Of a stretch of 64,000 nt of DNA, positions 44,071 through 56,267 are shown piece after piece (the first letter of the stretch is position 1; each line of letters starts with the position of its first letter). The stretch spans positions 64,001-128,000 of the forward strand of contig CAVVKJ010000014.1 of NCBI GenBank assembly GCA_963748815.1. The letters run 5' to 3'. The notes beneath the pieces are model-generated. The model ran no database searches. It had not been told where the DNA came from and worked only from the letters and a program-made list of their open reading frames with translations. The translations under genes were made by a program, and so were the position numbers. This DNA comes from an uncultured Gemmatimonadales bacterium (lineage in GTDB: Bacteria; Gemmatimonadota; Gemmatimonadetes; Gemmatimonadales; GWC2-71-9).

Positions 44071-44342
44071 TGGCAGGCGGACCACGTCGCCCCGCGTACT
44101 ACCTCGGCGTATTGACCACCGGCTTCCTGGCGGGCGGTTTCCTGACGGCCCTCCTCCGGCAGTTCCTGCCGGAGAGCGCGGCCCGGGACTTCTTCACCAC
44201 GGCCGTCCACCCGACCCTCGGGCCTGTTTCCGTGGACCTGCTGGTGCTAGACTTTACGCTGGGGCCGGTCGGGCTGGATGTGACACTCTTGAGTCTGGTG
44301 GGTGTCCTCCTGGCCTATTTCATCGCGCGGTCCCTCTTCTAA
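44070..44342 (+). CDS. Small membrane protein (DUF4321-like)
   Basis: 90 aa, two hydrophobic segments with a central beta-like stretch; TGATG coupling. Confidence 0.65.
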   Translation: MAGGPRRPAYYLGVLTTGFLAGGFLTALLRQFLPESAARDFFTTAVHPTLGPVSVDLLVLDFTLGPVGLDVTLLSLVGVLLAYFIARSLF

Positions 44343-44353
44343 AGGCGGTCCGT

Positions 44354-44611
44354 ATGCTCGGAAACATCGGTTTCTCCGAATTGATGATCCTCATGGTGGT
44401 CGTGTTGCTGGTCTTCGGCGCGAAGCGGCTGCCCGAGATCGGCTCCTCCATCGGCAAGGGGATCCGGGAGTTCAAGCGCAGCATCTCGGACGCCGGCGAC
44501 GCCATCAACAGCGCCCCGGACGATCGCACCCAGTTGCCGCGCTCCATGGATGCCCCCCCGCCGAACAGCACGGTGAGCGGATCGGGCGAGCCGAAACGGC
44601 TCTCGCAGTAA
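44354..44611 (+). CDS. tatA: Twin-arginine translocase TatA
   Basis: IGFSELMILMVVVLLVFGAKRLPEIGSSIGKGIREFK. Confidence 0.93.
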   Translation: MLGNIGFSELMILMVVVLLVFGAKRLPEIGSSIGKGIREFKRSISDAGDAINSAPDDRTQLPRSMDAPPPNSTVSGSGEPKRLSQ

Positions 44612-44632
44612 CGCCCCGGCACCGAATGGCAG

Positions 44633-44668
44633 AGGGGCCGGATCGGGAACTTCCCCGGTCCGGCCCCT
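44633..44668. terminator. Hairpin between convergent tatA and the PpiD-like gene
   Basis: AGGGGCCGGATCGGG-AACTTC-CCCGGTCCGGCCCCT, a 15-bp stem. Confidence 0.65.
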
Positions 44669-44696
44669 TGCCGTTGTCCCCTTGCGAATGGACCGG

Positions 44697-46553
44697 CTAG
44701 AGGCCGCCGCCCTGGCCGGGGAGGGCGCTCGCGTTCGCCTCGGCCTGCGCCGAGGTCGGGAAGAGGCCTTCTCGCCGATCGACCACCTTGGCCTGCGTCT
44801 GCAGCGCCGCCAGGTAGTTCCGGGCCCGGTCCTGACGCGCGGCACGGATGGCGTCGGTGCGATAGGCGTCGAGCCCCGCCCTGAACGCGGCCGTATCGGC
44901 CGGTGTGCGCTCCAGGACCCGCACCACGTACATCCCGTCATCCGTGTCGAGCACCTCGCTCACCTGTCCGATCGGCAGGCTGAACACCGCGCCGGTCAGG
45001 ACCGGGTTCGGCACCGGGCTTTCCACTCGCGAGAAGGGGCCGAGGAGGCGATAGGGCACGTTCAGCGCGGTGGCCGCCTGCTCCATGGTGCTCCCTTCCC
45101 GGACCCGCTGCTGGAGGCTCTGCGCCAGCACCAGCGCCAGGGCCGTCTTCTTCTCCTGGACGACGGTGACGGTGACCGCCTCCTGGATGGTCTCGAGCGG
45201 GGGCACGCCCTCGGGGGCGATGCTGTCCAGCCGGAAGAGATAGTAGGCGAACGGCGTCTCGATGATCGGGCTGACTTCGCCGACCTTGGCCTGGAACGCC
45301 CACGACCCGGCGTCGCGGATGACCTGGCGCCCGAGCTGAAGTTGGGTGCCCTTCTGGACGGGGGGCGTCGGCCCGAGGGGGAGATTGAGCGCCCGCGAGG
45401 CGGTGTCGAGCGCCGCCGGGTCGAGGCGGCTGGCCCCGAGCTCCTCGAGGGAGTCGGCTCGCGCGTCCATCTCGTCGCGGTGCACCCCGGTGACTTCGAT
45501 CGGGATGAGGATATGCCGGCCCTTGGCGGTGTTCCCCTTCCGGCTGGTGACCTCGATGAGGTGGTACCCGAACTCGGTGAGCACCGGCATCGAAACGGTG
45601 TTCAGCGGCATCGAGAAGGCCATGTCGTCGAAGGGCTCGACCATGGAGCCGCGGGTCCACTCGTCGAGGTCGCCCCCCTGGGCGGCGGAGACGCTGTCGG
45701 CCGACTCCCGGGTGGCGATTTCCGCGAACGGCGCGCCGTCGAGAATTTCCTGGCGGAGGCTGAGCGCGTGCTGGTACGCGGCCGCGGTGTCGCTGGCGTT
45801 GGTCAGCCGCGGCAGCGCGATGAAGCTCATGTAGGCGGTGGCGGGCCGGCTGAACTGATCGGGGTTGGCCTTGTAGTAGGCGACGATTTCGTCCTGGGTG
45901 ACCTGGACGTCGGCGTCGGCGATGGCCCGGCGGGGGAGGATGGCGGCCAGCTCGATCTTGGCCGTCTCACCCCGGTCCCGGTACATCTGCCAGAGCGCGG
46001 GGTCGGAGAGATAGATGTCGGCGGTGACCACCCGGAGCAGCTTGCTCTGGAGGATCTGGTCGCGGTACTGTGCCTCGAGGAGGGGGATGTACTGCTGTCC
46101 CACGCCGGAGGCGAGCCAGCGCTGGTACTTAGCGAGGTCAAACTGACCGTCCGTCTGGAATTCAGGCCTCGTCTGCAACTGGGGCGGCGGGAAGTTCTTG
46201 ACGGCGTCGGCGATTTCCTCGGGCGTCGCGACGAGCCCCCGGCGCTTGTACTCCCGCTGGAGCACCGTCGCCTCGACGATCTGCTGCCAGACGTCGTTGC
46301 GGATCCCGACGATGTCGTCCAGCGAGAGCGGTGTCGTCGACGTCCGCTGCTCCTGCTCGATGGTCTGCTGGACCAGGGAGGTGTAGTAGCGCGCCTCGAT
46401 GGTCTGGCCGTCGACCTTGCCGGCGCTGGTCTGTGAAAGGACACCGGTCCCGCCGGACAGACCGCTGAGATCGAACACCAGCCAGAGGAAGAACGAGGCG
46501 GTGACGATGTAGATGAGCGGCTTGGCGCTGTTACGGAATACTTGCATCGACAT
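44697..46553 (-). CDS. SurA N-domain/parvulin peptidyl-prolyl isomerase (PpiD-like)
   Basis: MSMQVFRNSAK plus TM; FQTDGQFDLAKYQ; FAEIATRESAD..GGDL..MVEPFD..TEFGYHLI. Confidence 0.88.
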   Translation of the reverse strand: MSMQVFRNSAKPLIYIVTASFFLWLVFDLSGLSGGTGVLSQTSAGKVDGQTIEARYYTSLVQQTIEQEQRTSTTPLSLDDIVGIRNDVWQQIVEATVLQREYKRRGLVATPEEIADAVKNFPPPQLQTRPEFQTDGQFDLAKYQRWLASGVGQQYIPLLEAQYRDQILQSKLLRVVTADIYLSDPALWQMYRDRGETAKIELAAILPRRAIADADVQVTQDEIVAYYKANPDQFSRPATAYMSFIALPRLTNASDTAAAYQHALSLRQEILDGAPFAEIATRESADSVSAAQGGDLDEWTRGSMVEPFDDMAFSMPLNTVSMPVLTEFGYHLIEVTSRKGNTAKGRHILIPIEVTGVHRDEMDARADSLEELGASRLDPAALDTASRALNLPLGPTPPVQKGTQLQLGRQVIRDAGSWAFQAKVGEVSPIIETPFAYYLFRLDSIAPEGVPPLETIQEAVTVTVVQEKKTALALVLAQSLQQRVREGSTMEQAATALNVPYRLLGPFSRVESPVPNPVLTGAVFSLPIGQVSEVLDTDDGMYVVRVLERTPADTAAFRAGLDAYRTDAIRAARQDRARNYLAALQTQAKVVDRREGLFPTSAQAEANASALPGQGGGL

Positions 46554-46646
46554 GGATTGGAATCCCGGCTCCGGACACGGTGGAAAAAGAGGGATAAGTC
46601 TAAGCACGGCAACGGACAATCTCAAGCCGGGGAGGTCCCGGGGCGG

Positions 46647-46675
46647 TTGACAGCGTCGCACTTTCGCCTTACTCT
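46647..46675 (+). promoter_or_regulatory. Sigma-70 promoter for the 46717-aroQ-accBC operon
   Basis: TTGACA-N17-TACTCT. Confidence 0.65.
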
Positions 46676-46716
46676 GAAGTCAATCCCCGCAACAACTTAC
46701 GCGTCCAGGGACCGGA

Positions 46717-48582
46717 ATGGCCTACTCTCGCGAGATTGAAAAACTCGAGCGTCAATTCGCGGAGAACCCGCGGCGCTTCGCCGCTCCCTTCGCCGACGCC
46801 CTCCGGAAGAACAGCGACGTCGAGCGCGCGCTCGAGGTCATCCAGGTGGGACTCGAGCTCAATCCCGACTACATCCCCGGCAGCGTCATCCTCGGACGCT
46901 GCCACCTCGACCTCGGCGACGACAACGGCGCCGAGGCGGCGTTTTCGCGCGTGCTCGATCTCGACAACGAGAATGTGATCGCGCTCAAGTCGCTGGCCGA
47001 CATCATGGAGCGGCAGGGACGCAGCCACGAGGCCATCAGCTTCCTGACCTACCTGCTGGACGTCGACCGCAGCAACGACGAGGCCCGGGAACAGCTGGCC
47101 AGGATCGAGGCGCTGCCGGCTACGGCGGCGGCGCCCGCACCGGTCGCGGAGGCCCCCGACGCCGGGGCCAGCCCTGCCGACGGCCCGATCTTCGGCGCGC
47201 CACCGGCCGAGGAGCCCGAGACGCCCCGGCCGCCGGTCGAGGAGTTCCTCGAACCGACCGCCCTCTGGGAGCCGCCGGACGAGGTGGCGGAGGCGTCGAT
47301 TTCCTCGTGGGTGGAGCCGACGTCCGCCGACGCGATCGAGCCCCCCGAAATCGGGACTTCCCTGGTGGAGGAGCCGCAGGACACCGCTGACATCACGCCG
47401 GTCGAAGGGTTCGAGTCGGCGGAGTTTGACGGCGGGTCTGACGCGGCGCCCTACGAGGAATTCGTCCTCGAGCGCGAGGAAGAGATCATCCTGACGAGCA
47501 TGTCCGGCGCCGAGTACCAGGTCGCGAATGACTCGGAAGCGCTCCTCGAGCACACCTTCGCGACGCCGAGCGAGGAAAAGAAGGAAGAAGAGGAGAAGCA
47601 GCCGGCCGTGGAGGTGGAGGCGCCGGCCGAGGCCGAGGCGGAGCTCGAGATCGCGCCAGCGGTCGAGGAGCTGGCGGTCGAGGAGCCGGCGGCCGATGAC
47701 GCCGGGTCGGAGGCGGCCGAGGAGTCGGACGATGTCGAGGCCGATGACGTGGCGCCGACCAGCGCAGTCGTCGACGAGGCCCCGTTCGAGTGGGCCATGC
47801 ACGTCGGCGAGGAACGGGAGTTCCATCCCGGTGAGGTGCCGCAGGGCGGGGCACACGCCTCCGACAGCTTCGACTCGGCCATCGAGGGCATCGCGCCGGT
47901 CGACGAAGAGGCGCAGGGTGACGCTGATGAGGACGAGCCCGTCGAGGACGAGGCCGAAGCGGCAGCGCCGCCGGTCCTGATGGTCACGGAGAGCATGGCC
48001 GAGTTGTACGCCACGCAGGGGCACCCGGGCGAGGCGCTCGGCGTCTATCGCATCCTGTACGACCGGAACCCGGACAACGAGCGGCTCCGCCTCCGGATCC
48101 AGGAACTCGAGGGAGTGCTGGCGGCGCAGGTACTGGAGAACGCGGCGCCGTCGTACGCGGCCTCGGTCACCGGTGGCAAAGCCGTGGCCTCCTTTTTGGG
48201 CGCGATGCTCGGCGCCCGCCCGGCGCCCGTGGACCTGCCGGAGCCTCCGCCGGCGCCCGAGCTCCCGACCACTGCGGTGGCGCCGGACGACGGGGGCGAG
48301 GAAGCGGTCGCCTCGGGCGCACCGACCCGGCCCGCGGTCGACCGGCTGTCCCTTGGGGCCATCTTCGGCGAGGATTCCTCGCCGGTGCCCCCGGCCGAGA
48401 ACTCCTCGGGCAAGGAAAAGGGCGAGGGGGCCGGCGGCTTCTCCTTCGACGATTTCTTCGGGGGCGGCGAGGGGGTGCCGACCGGGCGCACCTCCTCGGG
48501 ATCGGTGCGCGCCACGCGCGCCTCCGACGACGAGGACGACCTCGACCAGTTCCACTCCTGGCTCCAGAGCCTGAAGCGCTGA
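46717..48582 (+). CDS. TPR protein with a very acidic low-complexity linker
   Basis: N-terminal TPRs (FADALRK..GLELNPDY..LGRC), Glu/Asp/Ala/Pro centre, TESMAELYATQG motif, C-terminal DLDQFHSWLQSLKR. Confidence 0.8.
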   Translation: MAYSREIEKLERQFAENPRRFAAPFADALRKNSDVERALEVIQVGLELNPDYIPGSVILGRCHLDLGDDNGAEAAFSRVLDLDNENVIALKSLADIMERQGRSHEAISFLTYLLDVDRSNDEAREQLARIEALPATAAAPAPVAEAPDAGASPADGPIFGAPPAEEPETPRPPVEEFLEPTALWEPPDEVAEASISSWVEPTSADAIEPPEIGTSLVEEPQDTADITPVEGFESAEFDGGSDAAPYEEFVLEREEEIILTSMSGAEYQVANDSEALLEHTFATPSEEKKEEEEKQPAVEVEAPAEAEAELEIAPAVEELAVEEPAADDAGSEAAEESDDVEADDVAPTSAVVDEAPFEWAMHVGEEREFHPGEVPQGGAHASDSFDSAIEGIAPVDEEAQGDADEDEPVEDEAEAAAPPVLMVTESMAELYATQGHPGEALGVYRILYDRNPDNERLRLRIQELEGVLAAQVLENAAPSYAASVTGGKAVASFLGAMLGARPAPVDLPEPPPAPELPTTAVAPDDGGEEAVASGAPTRPAVDRLSLGAIFGEDSSPVPPAENSSGKEKGEGAGGFSFDDFFGGGEGVPTGRTSSGSVRATRASDDEDDLDQFHSWLQSLKR

Positions 48583-49019
48583 TGCGGGTCGCCGTCCTGA
48601 ACGGCCCCAACCTCAATCTCCTCGGCGTGCGCGAACCCGACCTGTACGGGCGCCACACGCTGGCGGACATCGAGGCGCTGGTCCGCCAGGAGGGGGACCG
48701 CCTCGACGTCGAGGTGGAGTGGCTGCAGACCAACCACGAAGGGGTCCTGGTCGATGCCGTCCAGGGACTGCGCGGCCGGGTGGATGGCGCGGTCGTGAAC
48801 CCCGCCGCCTTCGGGCACACCAGCCTGGCGTTGCGCGACGCCTTCCTCGCGGTGCGAGTCCCCTTCGTCGAAGTGCATCTCACGAACATTTTCGGGCGCG
48901 AACCGGAGCGGCGGCATACGGTCCTCGCCGATCTCGCGGTCGCGGTCGTCGCCGGGCTCGGTGCCCAGGGGTATCCGGTGGCCTTCCGGGCGCTGGTGGA
49001 CCACCTGCGTGCCGGCTGA
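48582..49019 (+). CDS. aroQ: Type II 3-dehydroquinate dehydratase
   Basis: LNGPNLNLLGVREPDLYG, QTNHEG, NPAAFGHTS, EVHLTNI. Confidence 0.96.
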   Translation: MRVAVLNGPNLNLLGVREPDLYGRHTLADIEALVRQEGDRLDVEVEWLQTNHEGVLVDAVQGLRGRVDGAVVNPAAFGHTSLALRDAFLAVRVPFVEVHLTNIFGREPERRHTVLADLAVAVVAGLGAQGYPVAFRALVDHLRAG

Positions 49020-50094
49020 CCGGCGGGAGGAACGTCAGGCGGCGGTGCGGGCCCTGCTCGCGGCTGAGGGACATGACGCGCTGCTGGTGACGCACCTTCC
49101 CAACATCCGCTATCTGACCGGATTCACCGGCTCCGCCGCCTTGCTGCTCGTCTCCCGCGACCGGGCGGTGCTGTTCACTGATTTTCGGTACGCCACCCAG
49201 GCGCCGTCCGAGGTTGGGGATGCGGCCATCGTCGAGATCGACTCGGCGAGCGTCTGGGACCGGCTCAAGAAGTCGTGCGCCGAACGCCCCGACGACACGG
49301 TGGCCTTCGAGGCGCATTCCATCACGGTGCGGGACGCGGGGCGGCTGAAGAAATGCGCGCGGCGGACCGCGCCCGGCGGCGAGTTGGTGGAGGGGCTGCG
49401 GGCGGTCAAGGCTCCCGAGGAGGTGGCGGCGATCGAGGCGGCCGCGGCGCTCGCCTCCTCGGCGCTGGCGGAGGTGCTGCCGACCATCCGCCCGGGCCAG
49501 TCCGAGTTGCTCGTGGCCAGCCGCCTGGAGTCGGCCCTCCGGCAACGGGGGAGCGAGTGGCACCCCTTCCAGACGATCGTGGCTTCCGGCGTCCGCGCGG
49601 CGTTGCCGCACGCCCACACGACCGGGCGCGCCATCGGGGCGGGAGAATTCCTCCTGATCGATTTCGGCGCCCAGGTCGAGGGCTACTGCGCCGACCTGAC
49701 CCGGACGGTCGTCGTCGGCGGGCGGGCGGACGAGCGGCAGCGGGAGGTCTACGGGGCCGTCCACGCCGCGCAGCTGCGGGCCCGGCAGGAGATCCGGGCG
49801 GGGTTGACCGGCCGCGAGGCCGACGCCCTCGCCCGCGAGTTGCTGGAGGCCCGCGGGTTCGGGGAGGCGTTCGGGCATTCGCTCGGCCACGGCCTGGGCC
49901 TGGAGGTCCACGAGGCGCCTCGGTTGAGCACCATGTCGGATGCGACGCTGCCGGCGGGTGCGGTGGTCACGATTGAGCCGGGCATCTATCTTCCCGGGTG
50001 GGGTGGAGTGCGTTTGGAGGACGATATCGTCCTGACAGCGGAAGGCTCGCGCCTGCTGTCGGACGGACGGACCGATCTGGTCGAACTGGTCTAA
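49009..50094 (+). CDS. Xaa-Pro aminopeptidase (M24)
   Basis: NIRYLTGFTGS, TDFRY, DFGA..GYCADLTRT, HSLGHGLGLEVHEAP, TIEPGIY, GGVRLEDD. Confidence 0.92.
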   Translation: MPADRREERQAAVRALLAAEGHDALLVTHLPNIRYLTGFTGSAALLLVSRDRAVLFTDFRYATQAPSEVGDAAIVEIDSASVWDRLKKSCAERPDDTVAFEAHSITVRDAGRLKKCARRTAPGGELVEGLRAVKAPEEVAAIEAAAALASSALAEVLPTIRPGQSELLVASRLESALRQRGSEWHPFQTIVASGVRAALPHAHTTGRAIGAGEFLLIDFGAQVEGYCADLTRTVVVGGRADERQREVYGAVHAAQLRARQEIRAGLTGREADALARELLEARGFGEAFGHSLGHGLGLEVHEAPRLSTMSDATLPAGAVVTIEPGIYLPGWGGVRLEDDIVLTAEGSRLLSDGRTDLVELV

Positions 50095-50130
50095 CCGCGG
50101 GCCGAGGCCTGCGCCGGAGGAGGAGCGCCC

Positions 50131-50673
50131 GTGAACGCCGACGAAATGAAGCAGCTGGCTCAGCTGCTCCAGAAGATGCCGGGGATCAAGTCCATCGAGC
50201 TGAAGGACGTAAAGAAGCTCGCCCAGTTGCTCACGGACTCCCCTGAACTGGGGTCGATCGAGGTCACGGGCTTCTTCGGGACGGGCGTCGTCATCACCCG
50301 CACCAACCAGGGCGCGGCGGGATCCTATCCGCAGATGCCGATGATGGCCCCCGCGCCGATGATGGCGGCGCCCGCCCCTGCGGCGGCGGCCCCGGCGGCG
50401 GCGGCCCCCGCGGCGGCGCCGGCCAGCACGCTCAAGGAGATCAAGTCGCCGATGGTCGGCACCTTCTACAAGGCGCCGGAACCGGGCGCCGACGCGTACG
50501 TGAAGGTGGGCAGCCGGGTGACGGCGGGGCAGACGGTGTGCATCATCGAGGCGATGAAGATCATGAACGAGATCGAGGCCGAGGTCACCGGGGTCGTCCG
50601 CGAGATTCTCGTGGAAGACACCCAGCCCGTCGAGTTCGGGCAGGCGCTCTACCGTGTCGATCCCAATGGCTGA
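50131..50673 (+). CDS. accB: Acetyl-CoA carboxylase biotin carboxyl carrier protein
   Basis: KSPMVGTFY, EAMKIMNEI, VEFGQAL; Ala/Pro linker; GGAGGAGG RBS. Confidence 0.95.
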   Translation: MNADEMKQLAQLLQKMPGIKSIELKDVKKLAQLLTDSPELGSIEVTGFFGTGVVITRTNQGAAGSYPQMPMMAPAPMMAAPAPAAAAPAAAAPAAAPASTLKEIKSPMVGTFYKAPEPGADAYVKVGSRVTAGQTVCIIEAMKIMNEIEAEVTGVVREILVEDTQPVEFGQALYRVDPNG

Positions 50674-51832
50674 CGCGCCCGCCGCCGTCCCCTTCAACTT
50701 CAAGCAGGCCATCGCCGAGATGGTGCGCCGCAACGGCTCGGACCTGCTGCTCAAGGTGGGCCGTCCCCCGACCGTCCGGGTCAACGGCGACCTGACCGGG
50801 CTCGACTTCCCGCCCCTCCGACCGGAAGACCTCAAGGCGCTCGCGGAGCAGATCATGACGCCGCGCCAGGTGAAGGAGTTCGCCGAGAAGAAGGAGGCGG
50901 ACTTCGCCATCGGCGTGCCCGGGGTCGGACGCTTCCGGACCAACATCTATCAGCAGCGGGGCACGCTGGCCTTCGCGTTCCGCGCCATCCCGTACGAGGT
51001 CAAGACGATCCGGGAGCTCAAGCTCCCCGCGGTGCTCGAGGAGATTTCCGCCCGGCCCCGCGGGCTGGTGCTCGTCACCGGCATCACCGGCTCCGGCAAG
51101 TCCACGGCGCTGGCGGCCATGATCAACCACGTGAACCAGAACCGGCGCGTGAACGTGATCACCATCGAGGACCCGATCGAGTTCCTGCACCGGGACCAGA
51201 TGGCCAACATCTCGCAGCGCGAGGTCGGGAGCGACACGCTGACCTTCGGCGCCGCGCTGCGGCACGTGCTGCGGCAGGACCCGGACGTGATCCTCATCGG
51301 CGAAATCCGCGACAGCGACACCCTCGATACCGCGCTCAAGGCCGCCGACACCGGCCACCTGGTGTTTTCGACGCTCCACACGACGGACGCCACCCAGACC
51401 ATCAACCGTGTCATTTCCTTCTATCCGCCACACCAGCACCAGGAAATCCGGTCGCTCCTGTCCACCGCGCTGCAGGCGGTCATCTGCCTCCGCCTGGTGC
51501 CGAAGAAGGACGGCAGCGGGCGGGTGCCGGCGGCGGAGGTGCTGATCAACACCGCGGCGGTGGCCGACAACATCCGCGACATCGAGAAGGCGCTGAACAT
51601 CCCCGACCTCATCGCCGAGGGCACGATCTCCTACGGGATGCAGTCGTTCGACCAGTCGCTCATGAAATGGTACCGCGAGGGCGTCATCTCGTACGAGAGC
51701 GCGCTCTTCTACAGCTCCAACCCGAGCGAGTTCGCGCTCCGCGTGTCCGGCGTCAGCTCGGCCTCCGACCAGACCTTCGAGGACGGCGGCAAGGGCGGGG
51801 CCGGGGGCATCACGCAGGGCTTCGTCCCGTGA
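50666..51832 (+). CDS. pilT: PilT/PilU-family type IV pilus retraction ATPase
   Basis: [71 protein letters not shown]. Confidence 0.9.
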   Translation: MADAPAAVPFNFKQAIAEMVRRNGSDLLLKVGRPPTVRVNGDLTGLDFPPLRPEDLKALAEQIMTPRQVKEFAEKKEADFAIGVPGVGRFRTNIYQQRGTLAFAFRAIPYEVKTIRELKLPAVLEEISARPRGLVLVTGITGSGKSTALAAMINHVNQNRRVNVITIEDPIEFLHRDQMANISQREVGSDTLTFGAALRHVLRQDPDVILIGEIRDSDTLDTALKAADTGHLVFSTLHTTDATQTINRVISFYPPHQHQEIRSLLSTALQAVICLRLVPKKDGSGRVPAAEVLINTAAVADNIRDIEKALNIPDLIAEGTISYGMQSFDQSLMKWYREGVISYESALFYSSNPSEFALRVSGVSSASDQTFEDGGKGGAGGITQGFVP

Positions 51833-53190
51833 CGATCAAGAAGGTGCTGGTCGCCAATCGCGGGGAGATTGCGCTCCGTGTCATTCGCGCCTGCCGGGAG
51901 CTGGGCATCGCGACCGTGGCGGTGTACAGCGAGGCCGATCGCGAGTCGCTGCACGTCCGCTTCGCGGACGACGACGTCTGCATCGGGCCGCCCCCGGGCC
52001 GGCTCTCCTACCTGCGCATTCCCAACATCATCGCGGCGGCGGAAATCACCGGGGCGGACGCGATTCACCCGGGGTACGGCTTCCTCGCCGAGAACGCCGA
52101 GTTCGCGGACATCTGCCGCGCGTCCAACCTGACCTTCGTCGGCCCGACCGGCGACCAGATCCGCCAGATGGGCGACAAGGCCACCGCGCGCCGGCTCGCC
52201 AAGGAGGCCGGGGTGCCGACGGTCCCCGGGTCACCGGGCACCATCGAGGACGCCGAGGAGGCGCTCGCGGCGGCGGAGGAGATCGGGTTCCCGGTCATCA
52301 TCAAGGCGACGGCGGGCGGCGGCGGCAAGGGGATGCGCATCGCCCTCGATGCCGAGCAGTTCGCGCAGTCCTTTTCGCTGGCGCAGAACGAGGCCCTCTC
52401 CGCCTTCGGCAACGGGGCGGTCTACGTCGAGAAGTACCTGGCCCGGCCGCGCCACGTCGAAATCCAGGTCATGGGCGACAGCCACGGCACCGTGGTGCAC
52501 CTCGGGGAACGGGACTGCTCCGTGCAGCGCCGGCACCAGAAGCTGATCGAGGAGAGCCCCAGCCCCGCCCTGACCGAGGAGCTGCGCGGCCGGATGGGCG
52601 AGTCGGCCGTGCGGCTGGCCTCGGCCATCGGCTACGTCGGCGCCGGCACCATCGAGTTCCTGCTCGACGAGGATGGCAGCTTCTATTTCATGGAGATGAA
52701 CACCCGCATCCAGGTGGAGCACCCGGTCACGGAAATGGTGACCAGCTTCGACCTCGTGAAGGAGCAGCTGCGCGTCGCGGCGGGCGAGCGGATCAGCTTC
52801 AAGGGCGACGGCCGCTACCTCCGGGGGCACGCGATCGAGTGCCGGATCAACGCCGAGGATCCCTACCGCAACTTCCAGCCGAGCCCGGGACTGATCACGG
52901 CGTACCACCCGCCGGGCGGGCCAGGGGTCCGCGTGGACACCCACGTGTACGCCGGCTACCGGGTGCCGCCGCACTACGACTCCCTGCTCGCCAAGGTGAT
53001 CGTGCACGGCAACAACCGCACGGAAGCGCTCAGCCGGATGGGGCAGGCGCTCGACAGCTTCATCCTCGAGGGCGTCACGACCACCATCCCCTTCCTGGCA
53101 CGCGTCATCCGCCATCCCGATTTCGTGGCCGGGACCGTGGACACCAAGTTTCTCGAGCGCGAGCCGCAGCTGCTGAAACCCGAGGCATGA
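51829..53190 (+). CDS. accC: Acetyl-CoA carboxylase biotin carboxylase
   Basis: [59 protein letters not shown] at 51829 overlaps the pilT stop. Confidence 0.96.
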   Translation: MTIKKVLVANRGEIALRVIRACRELGIATVAVYSEADRESLHVRFADDDVCIGPPPGRLSYLRIPNIIAAAEITGADAIHPGYGFLAENAEFADICRASNLTFVGPTGDQIRQMGDKATARRLAKEAGVPTVPGSPGTIEDAEEALAAAEEIGFPVIIKATAGGGGKGMRIALDAEQFAQSFSLAQNEALSAFGNGAVYVEKYLARPRHVEIQVMGDSHGTVVHLGERDCSVQRRHQKLIEESPSPALTEELRGRMGESAVRLASAIGYVGAGTIEFLLDEDGSFYFMEMNTRIQVEHPVTEMVTSFDLVKEQLRVAAGERISFKGDGRYLRGHAIECRINAEDPYRNFQPSPGLITAYHPPGGPGVRVDTHVYAGYRVPPHYDSLLAKVIVHGNNRTEALSRMGQALDSFILEGVTTTIPFLARVIRHPDFVAGTVDTKFLEREPQLLKPEA

Positions 53191-53935
53191 AGCTCGACGT
53201 CGTCTTCTCGCCGCTGGGCCTCCTGCCCGGGCAGGCGACGGGGCGGACGATCTTCGTCATCGACATCCTCCGCGCCTCCACCGTCGTTTGCGCCGCGCTG
53301 CACCATGGTGCCCGCGCCGTCCTCCCCGCCTCCTCGACCGAGGAGGCGCTCCGGCTCGCCCAGACCATCGGGGCCCCGGACGTGCTCCTCTGTGGCGAGC
53401 GCGGCGGCCTGCCGATTCCGGGGTTTGCGCTCGGCAACAGCCCCCTCGAAATGACTCCGGACGCCGTCCGCGGCCGGACGCTGGTCATGACCACCACGAA
53501 CGGCACGCCGGCCCTCCTGGCGACACAGGGCGCCGCGTCTGTCCACCTGGCCGCCGCGGTGAATCTCTCCGCGGCCGCGGCCGCGGCGCGCGACGCGCTC
53601 GATGCCCGCGGCGAACTCCTCGTGCTCTGCGCCGGGCGCGAACGGGCCTTCGCCCTCGACGACGCCTATGCGGCCGGCCGCCTCCTCGCGGCCGTGCTCG
53701 GGACCAACCGAAAGCGCAAGGGAATGAACGACGCGGCGCTCGCCAGTCTCGACCTCGTCCGGCGGTACGGCACCGACTGGGAGCGCCCGCTGCGCGCCAG
53801 CCGCGGCGGTACGGACCTGATGGCCCTCGGGTTCGACGCCGACCTCGCCGACGCGGCCCGTCAGGACGCATACCCCGTCCTTCCGGCCTATCACGAACGG
53901 CGCATCACCAACGCGCCCGCTCCCGCGAGTCTCCT

Positions 53936-53939
<4 letters not shown>
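53187..53939 (+). CDS. comB: 2-phosphosulfolactate phosphatase family protein
   Basis: [36 protein letters not shown]. Confidence 0.9.
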
Positions 53940-56174
<2,235 letters not shown>

Positions 56175-56267
56175 CGCCCACCGGGGCCGTGATCTGTTGC
56201 CCCGGTTCGTTCTCCCCGCTAGCCTCCATACGTTGATGACTTGCCGTTCCCCGACTTGAGAGCTCCC

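Noticed and set aside
50350..50425. GCGGCGGCCCC-type repeats resembling an array
   Set aside because: They encode the Ala/Pro linker of AccB and have no spacers, so this is not CRISPR.
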